A DNA stretch of 64,000 bases, taken from the sequence record DRR723986_1321; one strand, written 5' to 3'. Of this stretch, positions 1 to 10,107 are shown piece after piece. The notes beneath the pieces were generated by a model that saw nothing but the letters and a program-made list of their open reading frames with translations, had not been told where the DNA came from and did not search any database. How positions within the stretch are numbered: position 1 is the stretch's first letter; the number at the start of each line of letters is the position of its first letter. The position numbers and the translations under genes are program-made.

Positions 1-442
1 AGGTCACCACGCCCGGATCCGGGGCCTTGCCGTGCTCGCAGAACAGCAGCGAGCCACCGGGCTTCAATACCCGGGCCATGCCCGCCAGGGCCTGCGCCGG
101 ATCGGGGATAGTGCACAAGGCGAAGGTGACGACCACTGTGTCGACGCTGGCCGCCTCCAGGGGTATTTCCTCACCGGGCAGGCCAATGAACTCTACCGGG
201 ACATCCAGAGCAGCGGCGCGCTCACCGGCCAGTTCCCAGGATTCCTCGGACGGATCCAGCCCGATCACTTTCTCCACCCGCGCGGTGTCGTAGTAAGGCA
301 GGTTGAGGCCGGTACCGATACCGATTTCCAGCACCACGCCGGAGGCCTGAGGTACGATTTTCTCACGCTGCTTCATAATCGGCTTGCTGCCGCAGGCGCA
401 GTTGATAAACCGGGGCAGCACATGCCGGTCGTAGAATCCCAT
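1..442 (-). CDS. Class I SAM-dependent methyltransferase (3' end runs off the window start)
   Basis: Not in the ORF track; translated by hand from ATG at 442: MGFYDRHVLPRFINCACGSKPIMKQREKIVPQASGVVLEIGIGTGLNLPYY. Contains SAM-binding motif I (VLEIGIGTG). Confidence 0.85.
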   Translation of the reverse strand, partial: MGFYDRHVLPRFINCACGSKPIMKQREKIVPQASGVVLEIGIGTGLNLPYYDTARVEKVIGLDPSEESWELAGERAAALDVPVEFIGLPGEEIPLEAASVDTVVVTFALCTIPDPAQALAGMARVLKPGGSLLFCEHGKAPDPGVVT

Positions 443-532
443 GACATTGGTTCTCCGAGGAACGAAAGCCTATTATACCCGCAGGCAAAGCTGCGTTATA
501 TCGCAAAAATCCCGTAAACAAGGAAGCAAACC

Positions 533-2005
533 GTGTTCGAGGGTCTCGAGACAGGGAAGAAGATCAAGAGCAGCGAGTTCAGCACGCTGAAGCAGGCCCT
601 GCGCCCCGAACTGGTGAAAACCCAGTTTGAATTGCGGGACCGGGACTACCCGGTGTTCATCCTGATGGGGGGCTTCGACGGGGCCGGCAAGGGCGCCGTG
701 GTCCACCGACTCAATGAGTGGATGGACCCGAGGCTGATCGAAACCTCCGCGTTCTGGATGCACTCGGACGAGGAGGAATCCAGGCCCTTCTACTGGCGCT
801 TCTGGCGCCGCATGCCGACGCGCGGGCGGATCGGGATATTTCTCCAGTCCTGGTATACCGAGCCCTGCTACAAGGCAATGGAGGGCGAGTTGTCCGACGC
901 GGAGTTCGGCGACGCGATGCGTGAGATCGAGGCCTTTGAACGCATGCTGACCGACGACGGTGCCCTGCTGATCAAAATCTGGCTACACGTCAGCCGGGAG
1001 ACCCAGCGCCTGCAATTGGCCGAGGAAGCGCCCAAGAAGCAGCAAAACCCCAGGGTCCCCGGTGACCCAGAGGACTGGTGGAACCGCTATCCCCGGGGCC
1101 TGGAAGTCGCCGAGATGGCCCTGCACGCAACCGATACCAGCCACAGCCCCTGGCACCTGGTCGAAGCGGAAGACCGTAACTACCGGGATATCACCGTGGC
1201 CGGCCTGGTGCTGGATGCGATGCAAAATCGAGCGCGGCTGGCCGCGCCGGAGCGCAACGCCGCCCGGGTCAGGCACAGCACCAGCGCGGACCAGCCTACC
1301 ATTCTGGACAAGATTGACCTCAACCAGGTCCTGTCACGGGACGACTACCATGTTGCCGTCGACCGCTACCAGTCAGAGTTACAGGACCTGGCGTGGAAGG
1401 CACTGCGCAAGCAGCGCTCAGTCGTCGCCGTTTTCGAGGGTTGGGACGCGGCAGGCAAGGGTTCGGCAATCCGTCGGGTCACCGGCGCGGTCGATCCGCG
1501 CCTGTATCACCTGGTGCAGTTCGCGGCCCCCACTGACGAGGAGCGCGCTCATCACTACCTGTGGCGCTTCTGGCGCCAGATCGAGCGTGACGGCATTGCC
1601 ACCCTGTTTGATCGCTCCTGGTACGGACGGGTACTGGTGGAGCGGGTCGAAGGCTTTGCCCGCCCGGATGAATGGCAGCGCGCCTACAACGAGATCAACC
1701 AGTTCGAAAGCCAGCTGCGGGAGCATGGCACGATCGTGCTCAAGTTCTGGCTGCACATCAGCAAAGACGAGCAGCTGAGGCGCTTTGAGGCGCGCGAGCA
1801 GGAAGCGCACAAGCAGCACAAGATTACCGATGAAGACTGGCGCAACCGCGATAAGTGGCGCGACTATGAGCTGGCGGTGGAAGACATGATCACCCACACC
1901 AGCACCCGGGATGCACCATGGACCCTGGTGCCCGGCAACGACAAGCTGTTTGCTCGCATCCACATCCTCAAAACCTATTGCGACGCCCTGCGCGCAGCCC
2001 TGTGA
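533..2005 (+). CDS. pap: Polyphosphate:AMP phosphotransferase (two-domain PPK2)
   Basis: Two tandem PPK2 domains with P-loops GFDGAGKG and GWDAAGKG, plus DPR, FDRSWY and KFWLHIS motifs. Confidence 0.9.
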   Translation: MFEGLETGKKIKSSEFSTLKQALRPELVKTQFELRDRDYPVFILMGGFDGAGKGAVVHRLNEWMDPRLIETSAFWMHSDEEESRPFYWRFWRRMPTRGRIGIFLQSWYTEPCYKAMEGELSDAEFGDAMREIEAFERMLTDDGALLIKIWLHVSRETQRLQLAEEAPKKQQNPRVPGDPEDWWNRYPRGLEVAEMALHATDTSHSPWHLVEAEDRNYRDITVAGLVLDAMQNRARLAAPERNAARVRHSTSADQPTILDKIDLNQVLSRDDYHVAVDRYQSELQDLAWKALRKQRSVVAVFEGWDAAGKGSAIRRVTGAVDPRLYHLVQFAAPTDEERAHHYLWRFWRQIERDGIATLFDRSWYGRVLVERVEGFARPDEWQRAYNEINQFESQLREHGTIVLKFWLHISKDEQLRRFEAREQEAHKQHKITDEDWRNRDKWRDYELAVEDMITHTSTRDAPWTLVPGNDKLFARIHILKTYCDALRAAL

Positions 2006-2066
2006 TACTGGTACCCGTGGCCGCGCGCCGTATAATGCGCCCAGCATCAGCCAGGCAGCGAAGGAC

Positions 2067-2549
2067 ATGAGACTTCACGTCATTACCACCGGCGGCACCA
2101 TCGACAAGATCTACTTCGACGCCAAGAGTGACTACCAGGTCGGGGACCCGGTGATCGGCGAGCTGCTGACCAGCATGGGAGTGGGCTTCGCGTTCACTGT
2201 AGAGTCGGCAATGCGCAAGGACAGCCTGGACATGACCGACGCCGACCGCGACCTTATCCGCCGCCTGGCGCAAGAGTGCGAGGAAGACCACGTACTCATT
2301 ACCCACGGCACCGACGGCATGGTCACCACCGCCCGCGCCCTCCTCGGCATCGCGGACAAACGCATCGTGCTCACCGGCGCACTGCAACCCGCCGCTTTCG
2401 CCCGCAGCGACGCGATTTTCAATATCGGCTGTGCCATCGGGGCCGTACAGAGTAAGCCACCGGGAGTGTATATTGCGATGAACGGCCTGGTTTTTGAGGC
2501 TGAGCGCGTCGTCAAGAATCTTGCCGAAAACCGCTTCGAAGCCCGCTAG
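2067..2549 (+). CDS. Short-chain asparaginase-domain protein
   Basis: TTGGTIDK and ITHGTDGM catalytic motifs plus KDSLD. Start placed at ATG 2067 after AAGGA; 160 aa, N-terminal domain only. Confidence 0.85.
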   Translation: MRLHVITTGGTIDKIYFDAKSDYQVGDPVIGELLTSMGVGFAFTVESAMRKDSLDMTDADRDLIRRLAQECEEDHVLITHGTDGMVTTARALLGIADKRIVLTGALQPAAFARSDAIFNIGCAIGAVQSKPPGVYIAMNGLVFEAERVVKNLAENRFEAR

Positions 2550-2654
2550 CGGCAGCGCTGTTTTCGCCAAGCTGCAGCAAGCAGCAGAACACCTTCCTGA
2601 ACCCAGCTGATCCGCACCGGTCCCCGGCATGACCTGATGCCGCTTGTTGCGGGC

Positions 2655-2682
2655 AAAAAAATGGCCGCTCTGAAGCGGCCAT
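2655..2682 (-). terminator. Rho-independent terminator after the DUF1302/DUF1329 operon
   Basis: Stem ATGGCCGCT-ctga-AGCGGCCAT with an adjacent A7 tract (U-tract on the minus strand). Confidence 0.8.
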
Positions 2683-2711
2683 CGTCCGTCCCTGGCGTGA
2701 TTTTCCCAGGG

Positions 2712-4076
2712 TCAGCGTCGACCCGCTCGACGCAGCGCTGCCGGCGTAAAGTCCTCGAACTTGCCAACATAGCTGAAGTCGTACTGGTAGCCCTTTTCCT
2801 CGTTATCCAGGCCGATTACCACGTAACGGCCGGAGATCAGGTCATGCAGCGACTCGGCTGATATCCAGGGTACGCTGACCTGGTAGTGCATCACGGTGTG
2901 CCCTTCCTTCATCTTCCACAGCTCACCGCGACCATCGTAGTGATCTACCACCGCAATCTGCCAGGTGTCTTCGTCCACGTAGAAGGTGCGGCGGGCATAG
3001 ATGTGCCGCGCCCCCGACTTGAGTTTCGCCTCAACCACCCACACCCGGTGCAGCTCGTAGCGCAGGTACTGGGGATCCATATGGCCTGCTTTCATGATGT
3101 CCGAATAGGCCAGGTCGCCGCGACGCAGGTCATAGGCGTTGTAGGGAATGTACAACTCTTTTTTGCCGACCAGTTCCCAGTCATAGCGGTCCGGTGCACC
3201 GTTATACAGGTCGAGGTCATCGGCGGTACGCAGGCCGTCGGACGCTGTGCCCGGACCGTCATAGGCAATATTGGGTGCGCGCCGCACGCGGCGCTGGCCG
3301 GCGTTGTAGACCCAGGCCGAACGTGGCTCTGCGATCTGGTCGATGTTTTCATGCACGAGGAGCACATCCCCTTCCAGACGTGCCGGCGCCAGGATTCTCT
3401 GCAGGAAAACGAACAGGCGGTTCGGGTTGGGATTGTCCGGCACCCGGTTGGCAAAGACCGCCTCCTCCTCAAACAAAACCGGCGCAAAGGCGCCATTGGC
3501 CTGAACCGGCGCCTGGATATAGCGACGCTTGAAGCCCAGCGGGGTGCGGTAGCGGGTAATGTGATTCCAGATCACTTCCAGCCCGTTGTTCGGCACCGGG
3601 AACGGTACGTTGGCACGGAAGTCGATCAGGCCGTTGCCGCCCTCCACCAGGTCCGTCCTGGTCGCCCACTCCTTGATCAGTTCGTATTCCGAGTCGGGAA
3701 GGCGCGCGCTGCGACGCGTGGGATACACCGGCATCTTGTAGCTATCGGGGTAGCGCTTGAACATCGCGATCTGCCCTGGCGAGAGTTTGCTCGCATACTG
3801 ATCGACATTGTCGGCGCTTATGGTAAACAACACCTCGTCACTGGCGAAGGGATCCACCAGACGCTCGCCGACCGTGTAACCGGCGGGAAACTCCGAGATG
3901 CCCCCGGTCCACGGCGGAATGGTGCCATCAGCATTACCCGCGCGTTCCGCCCCCACGGGAGTCAGTTCCTCCCCACCCAGGCGAGCGGCCTGCTCGGGGG
4001 TCGTCTTGGCCGTCACAGAGGCCGCGCCAAGACCGAGCGATACGCCCAGCGCGATCGGTAAAAACAACTTGTTCAT
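2712..4076 (-). CDS. DUF1329 family secreted/periplasmic protein (LolA-like fold family)
   Basis: Signal peptide; LTPVGAERAGNADGTIPPWTGG, YNAGQRRVRRAP and RYELHRVWVVEA motifs typical of DUF1329. Confidence 0.9.
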   Translation of the reverse strand: MNKLFLPIALGVSLGLGAASVTAKTTPEQAARLGGEELTPVGAERAGNADGTIPPWTGGISEFPAGYTVGERLVDPFASDEVLFTISADNVDQYASKLSPGQIAMFKRYPDSYKMPVYPTRRSARLPDSEYELIKEWATRTDLVEGGNGLIDFRANVPFPVPNNGLEVIWNHITRYRTPLGFKRRYIQAPVQANGAFAPVLFEEEAVFANRVPDNPNPNRLFVFLQRILAPARLEGDVLLVHENIDQIAEPRSAWVYNAGQRRVRRAPNIAYDGPGTASDGLRTADDLDLYNGAPDRYDWELVGKKELYIPYNAYDLRRGDLAYSDIMKAGHMDPQYLRYELHRVWVVEAKLKSGARHIYARRTFYVDEDTWQIAVVDHYDGRGELWKMKEGHTVMHYQVSVPWISAESLHDLISGRYVVIGLDNEEKGYQYDFSYVGKFEDFTPAALRRAGRR

Positions 4077-4100
4077 GAATGCACTCCGCTTGTTATCTCT

Positions 4101-5948
4101 TTAAAAGGCTACCGAAAAACTCAGGGAAAGGAAGTCACGGTCTTCCTGTTCATTGTAGTCGGCATTAAAAAACGTGGTGTAGGACAGGTCCGCCCGGTAG
4201 ATATTCAGATAGTTTGCCTGCACGCCAACGCTCAACGCCATCCGGTCCTCAATGAAGTTCGGTGCCGGCGAATTACCACTGACATCATGGGACCAGGCCA
4301 CGTTCGGGGTCAGGTTAACGCCTGCAAAGACGTCCGAATAATCCAGGCTACCGCGCACCCGGTAACCCCAGGAAAAGTCGTCGGTAAAACCATCGTCAGT
4401 ACAGTAACTGCTGTTGCTGTTCGGCTTGATGCCGGCAAACGCCTCGGCCGCCGGGTGTGAATCACAGGCAATGGGCGAACCCGGCCACAGGAAAAACTCA
4501 CTGTCGAAGGGTTCGAAATCGCCCACGCCGTAAGCCGGCGAGCGACCATAGTTCACGCCCTGCTCCATACCGCCGATCCAGACCCCGCCCACTTCACTGG
4601 CAAAGGACAGCCGGTCGGCGCCCATCACCTGTTCAAAGAATTTAATGAAGGTCATCTGGAACTGGGTGTAATCGACCTCGTCGTAACCGCTGACCACAGC
4701 ACCGGGCCCGGCCTCCAGCGAGCGCGGCAGGAACCGTGACCATTCCGCAGCCGAGCCCAGGGCTACCGCCTGCAGCATATCGGTGGTATTGATCTGCAAG
4801 GGGAAGTCGGGGCGATAGCTCAACTCACCGGACCAGGCCCAGTCCCCGATATTGGTAGCAAAGGTGGCACCCCAGGTTTCGACATCTTCGGGGAATTCGA
4901 AAAAGAAGGCCGGGTCCGCACCGAAGTTGATCGGGAAACCAAAGTTGGTGGTGGCGTTCTGCACACTCAGGATCGGCGTGCGGCTATGCAGGTTCAGGTA
5001 GTACAGGCCGAACTCGGTGGAATTCAGCGACTCAACGAAGTAACGCGCCGCCATGCCCCACTGACCGGAATCCGAGGCTTCCTCATCCTTGAGGCGCGGC
5101 AAGGTCAGGTCGGCCGCCTCCTGGGCGCCATCCGGCAAGGAGGTTGTCGTGGTCAGATAATCGCAGCCACCGCCGTAGGGATCAGCTGAGTTCCAGTAGG
5201 TACCGCACTCGTCAAGAATGGTGCGCTCCCACTTGTACTGGTAGAACGCCTCAACGCTGAGGTCATAGGTCAGGCCGATGTTGCCGTAAACCAGGCCGAC
5301 CGGCAGCAGCGCTTCCTTGATTTCCGAGCCCGGCTTGCGCAGCGCGGTTACGTCAAAGGGGTTGATGACGTTGATCCCATTCTGGATAAAGGTGCTCTCA
5401 CCCCAGCTCAGCACCATGTTACCGGCCCGCAGTTCCAGCGGCATCTCGCCGAGACTCATGCTGCCGTAAGCGTAATAGTCGAGAAACTCGAAACCCTTAT
5501 CCTGGGCGAGGTCCTCGAAGCCGGAGAGATTCAGCTCGCTGTTGGGCTCATAGCCGTTGGCGGCGTGGCCATGCGCCACCTTGCCATTCGCGAGCTCATA
5601 GTCATACCAGTACTTGAAGCTGGTGTAGAAACCCCAGTTGCCGGCATTGAGATCAAGGTCGTGGACACCCTTGAAGATCAGCGAATACATATCGCCCTTG
5701 TCGTAGTTCAGGTTGCCATCGTCCGTCGTGCTGGAGGAGGACGTACCCTTGCCATCCGTGTTGCCCGGTGACAGGACACCCTTGTCAGGATCGTCCATAC
5801 GCCAGCTGGCACCAACCGACAGGTTGGAGGTGAAGTTGCCCTCGAAGGGCCCGATCTCAAAGGACGCCGCAGTCGCATTGAAAACCGCCCCGCCAGTCAG
5901 GGCTGCAACCGCCAGTGGCAAAATCCGCCTGGTATAGTTTTTATTCAC
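4101..5948 (-). CDS. DUF1302 family outer-membrane beta-barrel-like protein
   Basis: Signal peptide, DDGNLNY, SWGESTFIQNGIN, PGSEIKE, C-terminal DRDFLSLSFSVAF (terminal Phe); lies upstream of DUF1329. Confidence 0.88.
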   Translation of the reverse strand: MNKNYTRRILPLAVAALTGGAVFNATAASFEIGPFEGNFTSNLSVGASWRMDDPDKGVLSPGNTDGKGTSSSSTTDDGNLNYDKGDMYSLIFKGVHDLDLNAGNWGFYTSFKYWYDYELANGKVAHGHAANGYEPNSELNLSGFEDLAQDKGFEFLDYYAYGSMSLGEMPLELRAGNMVLSWGESTFIQNGINVINPFDVTALRKPGSEIKEALLPVGLVYGNIGLTYDLSVEAFYQYKWERTILDECGTYWNSADPYGGGCDYLTTTTSLPDGAQEAADLTLPRLKDEEASDSGQWGMAARYFVESLNSTEFGLYYLNLHSRTPILSVQNATTNFGFPINFGADPAFFFEFPEDVETWGATFATNIGDWAWSGELSYRPDFPLQINTTDMLQAVALGSAAEWSRFLPRSLEAGPGAVVSGYDEVDYTQFQMTFIKFFEQVMGADRLSFASEVGGVWIGGMEQGVNYGRSPAYGVGDFEPFDSEFFLWPGSPIACDSHPAAEAFAGIKPNSNSSYCTDDGFTDDFSWGYRVRGSLDYSDVFAGVNLTPNVAWSHDVSGNSPAPNFIEDRMALSVGVQANYLNIYRADLSYTTFFNADYNEQEDRDFLSLSFSVAF

Positions 5949-5992
5949 CTACTTTCCTCCGGGGCGCGTGCGCGCAGAACTATTCTAATGCC

Positions 5993-6005
5993 GGTCAGTT
6001 TGACC
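5993..6005. promoter_or_regulatory. Candidate operator palindrome GGTCA-gtt-TGACC
   Basis: Perfect 5-3-5 inverted repeat about 45 bp upstream of the DUF1302 start, in the divergent region with putA. Confidence 0.35.
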
Positions 6006-6224
6006 AAATTTCCCCGGGCCCGACTTGCTCTCGATCAACATTTCGCGGATTTCGCCAGGGCCTGCGAACCCAGGCGCGCCGCGGCTTATGTCGCGATTAC
6101 CCGCCAGCCGTACATTCTTTCGGGGGTACAGGGAGCGTAGCCAATAACCATGAACTGTAAAGCGAGGATGCCAGCCCGGGCGCGGATGACTACAATCCAC
6201 AGTGTGCTTCACGGAAACCGGTTT

Positions 6225-9200
6225 ATGCCCATGTTGACCAGCGACACCCTGCAAAGCGACGATCCCCTGCGCCGGGAACTGCGTCGATTTCACCGGCTGA
6301 ACGAGACGGAAGTTCTGGATTACCTGATACCGCTGGCAGAGATCGGCAACGCCGCACGCAGCCGCAGCTGGGAGCGGGCGCGCAAGCTGGTGCTGGAAAT
6401 CCGCCGCCGGCAGGCGGGCAAGGGCGGCGTCGATGCCTTGCTCAATGAGTTCGCGCTCTCCACCGAGGAAGGCGTGGTGTTGATGTGCCTGGCCGAGGCC
6501 CTGCTCCGGGTACCGGACTCGCTAACCGTGGACCGGCTGATCCGGGACAAGCTGGCGGCGGGCAACTGGAGCTCGCACCTGGGTAACTCCGAGTCACTGT
6601 TCGTCAATGCTTCCGCCTGGGGCCTGCTGCTGACCGGGAAAGTGGTGACCTATAACGAGGAGCACAGCGAGCGCCAGTTTGGCCTGCTGCGCAAAACGAT
6701 GGGCCGGGTCGGTGAGCCGGTTATCCGCGCGGCGGTTCGCTATGCGATGCAGATCATGGGCACCCAGTTCGTCATAGGCACAAGCGTCAAGTCGGCTGTT
6801 CACCGGGCGCGGGAGGAAGAGGCAAAAGGCTACCGCTACTCCTACGACATGCTCGGCGAGGGTGCCCGCACAATGGCCCAGGCCGACCGCCACCTGGACA
6901 GCTACCGCAATGCCATCGAGGTGATCGGCGGCGTCGCCGCCGGTCGCGGGCCGATCGACAGCCCCGGCATATCGATCAAACTGTCAGCGATTCATCCGCG
7001 CTACGCTTTCGCCCAGCGCGAGCGGGTGATGACCGAACTGGTGCCGCGCCTGAAATCCCTGGCGCTGGCCGCAAAAGCCCGGGATATCGGCTTTACTGTC
7101 GACGCCGAAGAGGCAGACCGACTGGATCTGTCGCTGGACGTGATCGAGGCGGTATTCGCCGATCCCGCGCTGGTCGGCTGGGATGGCTTCGGGGTGGCGG
7201 TACAGGCCTACCTGAGACCCGGCAGCCACGTCATCGACTGGCTCTATGCACTGTGTGAACGCCTGGACCGCCGCATGATGGTGCGCCTGGTGAAGGGGGC
7301 CTACTGGGACAGCGAAATCAAGATCGGGCAGGTCGAGGGACATGCGGACTACCCGGTGTTTACCCGCAAGGCGAGCAGCGATGTGTCCTACCAGGCCTGT
7401 GCGCGCAGGCTGCTGGCCTGTCGTGACCGGCTTTATCCCCAGTTTGCCACTCACAATGCCTACTCCGTCGCCACGATCCTGGAAATGGACAGGGACCGCA
7501 GCGGCTATGAGTTCCAGCGCCTGCATGGCATGGGTGAGGCACTGTTCGACCAGGTGGTGCAGGGCGAAGCGGTCCCCTGCCGGATTTACGCGCCGGTCGG
7601 CGTGCACGCTGACCTGCTGGCCTACCTCGTGCGACGCTTGCTGGAGAACGGCTCCAACAGCTCTTTCGTCAACAATATCGTCGACGAGGAGATTCCCGTG
7701 GAGGCCCTGCTGGAAGACCCGCTGGAGCAGGCCCGCAGCTGGACGAGCGCGCCAAATCCCGGGATTCCCCTCCCCCGTGACCTGTTCGGCGAGCAGCGTC
7801 TGAACTCGCTGGGTGCAGACCTGTCGGACCCGCCGGCGCTGGACGCGCTGCGCGGGGCCATGGATAACTGGCTAACGGCGCTGCCACTGGATCGGCGCAC
7901 GGGGACCGGGGTCGCCCTGCGCATCGTCAATCCCGCGGATCATGCCGAGCACGTCGGCACGGTGACCCTGGCGGACGAGGCCGCCGTGGAACTGGCACTG
8001 GGCCGCGCCGCGGCAGCGCTCCCGCTATGGGCCGCAAGCCGGCCCGCCGACCGGCGGGATTTGCTGGCACGACTGGCGGACAAACTGGAGCAGCATCAGG
8101 CGGAGCTGATCGCCCTGTGCTGCAAGGAAGCGGGTAAAACAGCGGTCGACGGTGTGGCCGAGGTACGCGAGGCGGTGGATTTCTGTCGCTATTACGGCGC
8201 ACGCACGGTCGCGGAAGACTTCGGCGCCCAGCAACTGAGGCCCAGGGGCGTGGTGCTGTGCATCAGTCCCTGGAACTTCCCGCTGGCGATATTCCTGGGA
8301 CAGGTGACGGCCGCCCTGGCCGCAGGCAACACGGTGATCGCCAAGCCGGCGGAACAGACCAGCCTGATCGCCATCCGCGCCATAGAACTGCTGCGGGAAG
8401 TGGGTCTGCCCGAGGGTGTGGTGGAACTGGTGATCGTCGAGGGCCCGCGGGCCGGCGAGCTGCTGGTGCCGGACCCCCGGATAAAAGCGGTGATGTTTAC
8501 CGGCTCCACGGAGGCAGGTCACTGGATCAACCAGCGACTGGCCGGGCGGCCCGATGCCCCGATCCCGCTGGTGGCGGAAACCGGCGGCCAGAACTGCATG
8601 GTAGTCGACTCCACCGCGCTGCCGGAACAAGTGGTGGACGATGTCATCGCCTCCGGATTCCAGAGCGCGGGCCAGCGCTGTTCCGCGCTGCGGGTGTTGT
8701 TCCTGCAGGAAGACATCGCGGACCGGGTCATCGCCATGATCATCGGCGCGATGCGGGAACTGCGGGTCGGCGACCCCGCCCTGCTGGCCACCGACGTCGG
8801 GCCGGTCATCAACCACCCCGCCCTCGCCCGCCTGCAGCAGCACACCGCTTACCTCGAGCACTCCGGACGCCTGCTGCACGCTTGCGACGCCCCGGCGCAA
8901 GGCAGCGGCACCTACTTCCCACCGCACCTGTATGAAATCAGCAACCTGTCGCTGCTGGAGCGGGAGGTGTTCGGGCCGGTTGTGCACGTCATCCGCTATC
9001 GAGCCGATGAACTGGATAAGCTTGTTGAGCAGATTAATTCTCTCGGTTACGGACTGACCTTTGGCGTCCACAGCCGGATCGAACAATTCACCAGCTTGCT
9101 GGCGCAACGCATCCAGGCCGGCAACATCTACATCAATCGCAATATGATCGGCGCCGTGGTCGGCGCGCAGCCCTTTGGGGGACGCGGCCTGTCAGGCACG

Positions 9201-9989
9201 GGACCCAAGGCCGGTGGGCCCGAATACCTGGCGCGCCTGGTAAGTACCGGAGAAGAAGCGGAGAACGCCGCCAACCAGCAAGCCCTGCCCGTCTGTGCCG
9301 AAGAGCAAGCGGACCCACTGGCCGGGGCACTGGCTGCGCTGCCGGCCTGGTCAGCAACGTCGCTCAACGATCGCCTGTCGGTGCTGCGTCGTTTCATCGC
9401 CCTGTATGCCGAGCGCCAGTCAGATGACAATCCGGTGATCCTGGAGACCACCCTGGCGGCGGCCCGTGCCCAGCTCAGCTACGCGGCGCAGGTTCTCGCC
9501 GAGCCACGGGAGTTACCGGGGCCGACCGGGGAGTCCAATCACTTGCTGCTGGAATCACGCGGCGCCTTGCTGACGCTGCTTGATGACAGCGCCTTTGCCG
9601 GTGAATACCTGATGGCGATCCTCTCCGCCCTGGCCGGCGGCAACGCGGTAACGGCGTTTGCTGCCGACGCGCTGTTGCAGGACTGGCAAGCCATCCAGGC
9701 TTGCCTGGAAGATGCGGGACTGCCCTCCGGCGCCTGCAGCCTGAGGCCGCTTGCACAGGCCGCCGGCTGTATTGCCAGTCCTGCTCTGGCCGGCGCCATG
9801 GTTCATGCGCGCAGCGTTCACCTGCACGCCGTGGCACAGGCACTCGCGGCCCGCCCGGGCGCCATTCTTCCCCTGATCAGCTGTGTCTCACCGCGCACCC
9901 TACTGCGCCAGACCATGCTCGAAAAGACCGTGAGTATCGATACCACCGCCGCCGGTGGCAACGCATCGCTGCTGACCATGACCATCTAG
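6225..9989 (+). CDS. putA: Bifunctional proline dehydrogenase / P5C dehydrogenase
   Basis: EGVVLMCLAEALLRVPD, SYDMLGEGA, SIKLSAIHPRY, RLVKGAYWD, FATHNA, EFQRLHGMGE, ETGGQN, SAGQRCSA and C-terminal TTAAGGNASL. Start uncertain (6150/6225/6231). Confidence 0.95.
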   Translation: MPMLTSDTLQSDDPLRRELRRFHRLNETEVLDYLIPLAEIGNAARSRSWERARKLVLEIRRRQAGKGGVDALLNEFALSTEEGVVLMCLAEALLRVPDSLTVDRLIRDKLAAGNWSSHLGNSESLFVNASAWGLLLTGKVVTYNEEHSERQFGLLRKTMGRVGEPVIRAAVRYAMQIMGTQFVIGTSVKSAVHRAREEEAKGYRYSYDMLGEGARTMAQADRHLDSYRNAIEVIGGVAAGRGPIDSPGISIKLSAIHPRYAFAQRERVMTELVPRLKSLALAAKARDIGFTVDAEEADRLDLSLDVIEAVFADPALVGWDGFGVAVQAYLRPGSHVIDWLYALCERLDRRMMVRLVKGAYWDSEIKIGQVEGHADYPVFTRKASSDVSYQACARRLLACRDRLYPQFATHNAYSVATILEMDRDRSGYEFQRLHGMGEALFDQVVQGEAVPCRIYAPVGVHADLLAYLVRRLLENGSNSSFVNNIVDEEIPVEALLEDPLEQARSWTSAPNPGIPLPRDLFGEQRLNSLGADLSDPPALDALRGAMDNWLTALPLDRRTGTGVALRIVNPADHAEHVGTVTLADEAAVELALGRAAAALPLWAASRPADRRDLLARLADKLEQHQAELIALCCKEAGKTAVDGVAEVREAVDFCRYYGARTVAEDFGAQQLRPRGVVLCISPWNFPLAIFLGQVTAALAAGNTVIAKPAEQTSLIAIRAIELLREVGLPEGVVELVIVEGPRAGELLVPDPRIKAVMFTGSTEAGHWINQRLAGRPDAPIPLVAETGGQNCMVVDSTALPEQVVDDVIASGFQSAGQRCSALRVLFLQEDIADRVIAMIIGAMRELRVGDPALLATDVGPVINHPALARLQQHTAYLEHSGRLLHACDAPAQGSGTYFPPHLYEISNLSLLEREVFGPVVHVIRYRADELDKLVEQINSLGYGLTFGVHSRIEQFTSLLAQRIQAGNIYINRNMIGAVVGAQPFGGRGLSGTGPKAGGPEYLARLVSTGEEAENAANQQALPVCAEEQADPLAGALAALPAWSATSLNDRLSVLRRFIALYAERQSDDNPVILETTLAAARAQLSYAAQVLAEPRELPGPTGESNHLLLESRGALLTLLDDSAFAGEYLMAILSALAGGNAVTAFAADALLQDWQAIQACLEDAGLPSGACSLRPLAQAAGCIASPALAGAMVHARSVHLHAVAQALAARPGAILPLISCVSPRTLLRQTMLEKTVSIDTTAAGGNASLLTMTI

Positions 9990-10107
9990 CCACAGAGCGC
10001 AATTTGGCCCACGGCAGCCTTTTTAGGCTATAGTCCTGCGCTGCCGCCATGGCCGTGCCTCGCAAGTAACGGCAATGGGATCGGTCCAGCAGACACAGGA
10101 GATCACC

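Noticed and set aside
1-442. Methyltransferase as the missing ArsM
   Set aside because: It lies about 42 kb from arsS, has a short N-terminus, and resembles a generic class I methyltransferase; the NCAC motif alone is not ArsM evidence.
2886-4061. Long antisense or alternative-frame ORFs (also 8025-9107, 16242-17480, 18975-20477, 23450-25114, 36257-37549, 37707-39239)
   Set aside because: They shadow well-supported genes on the opposite strand, have no motifs, and are expected in high-GC DNA.
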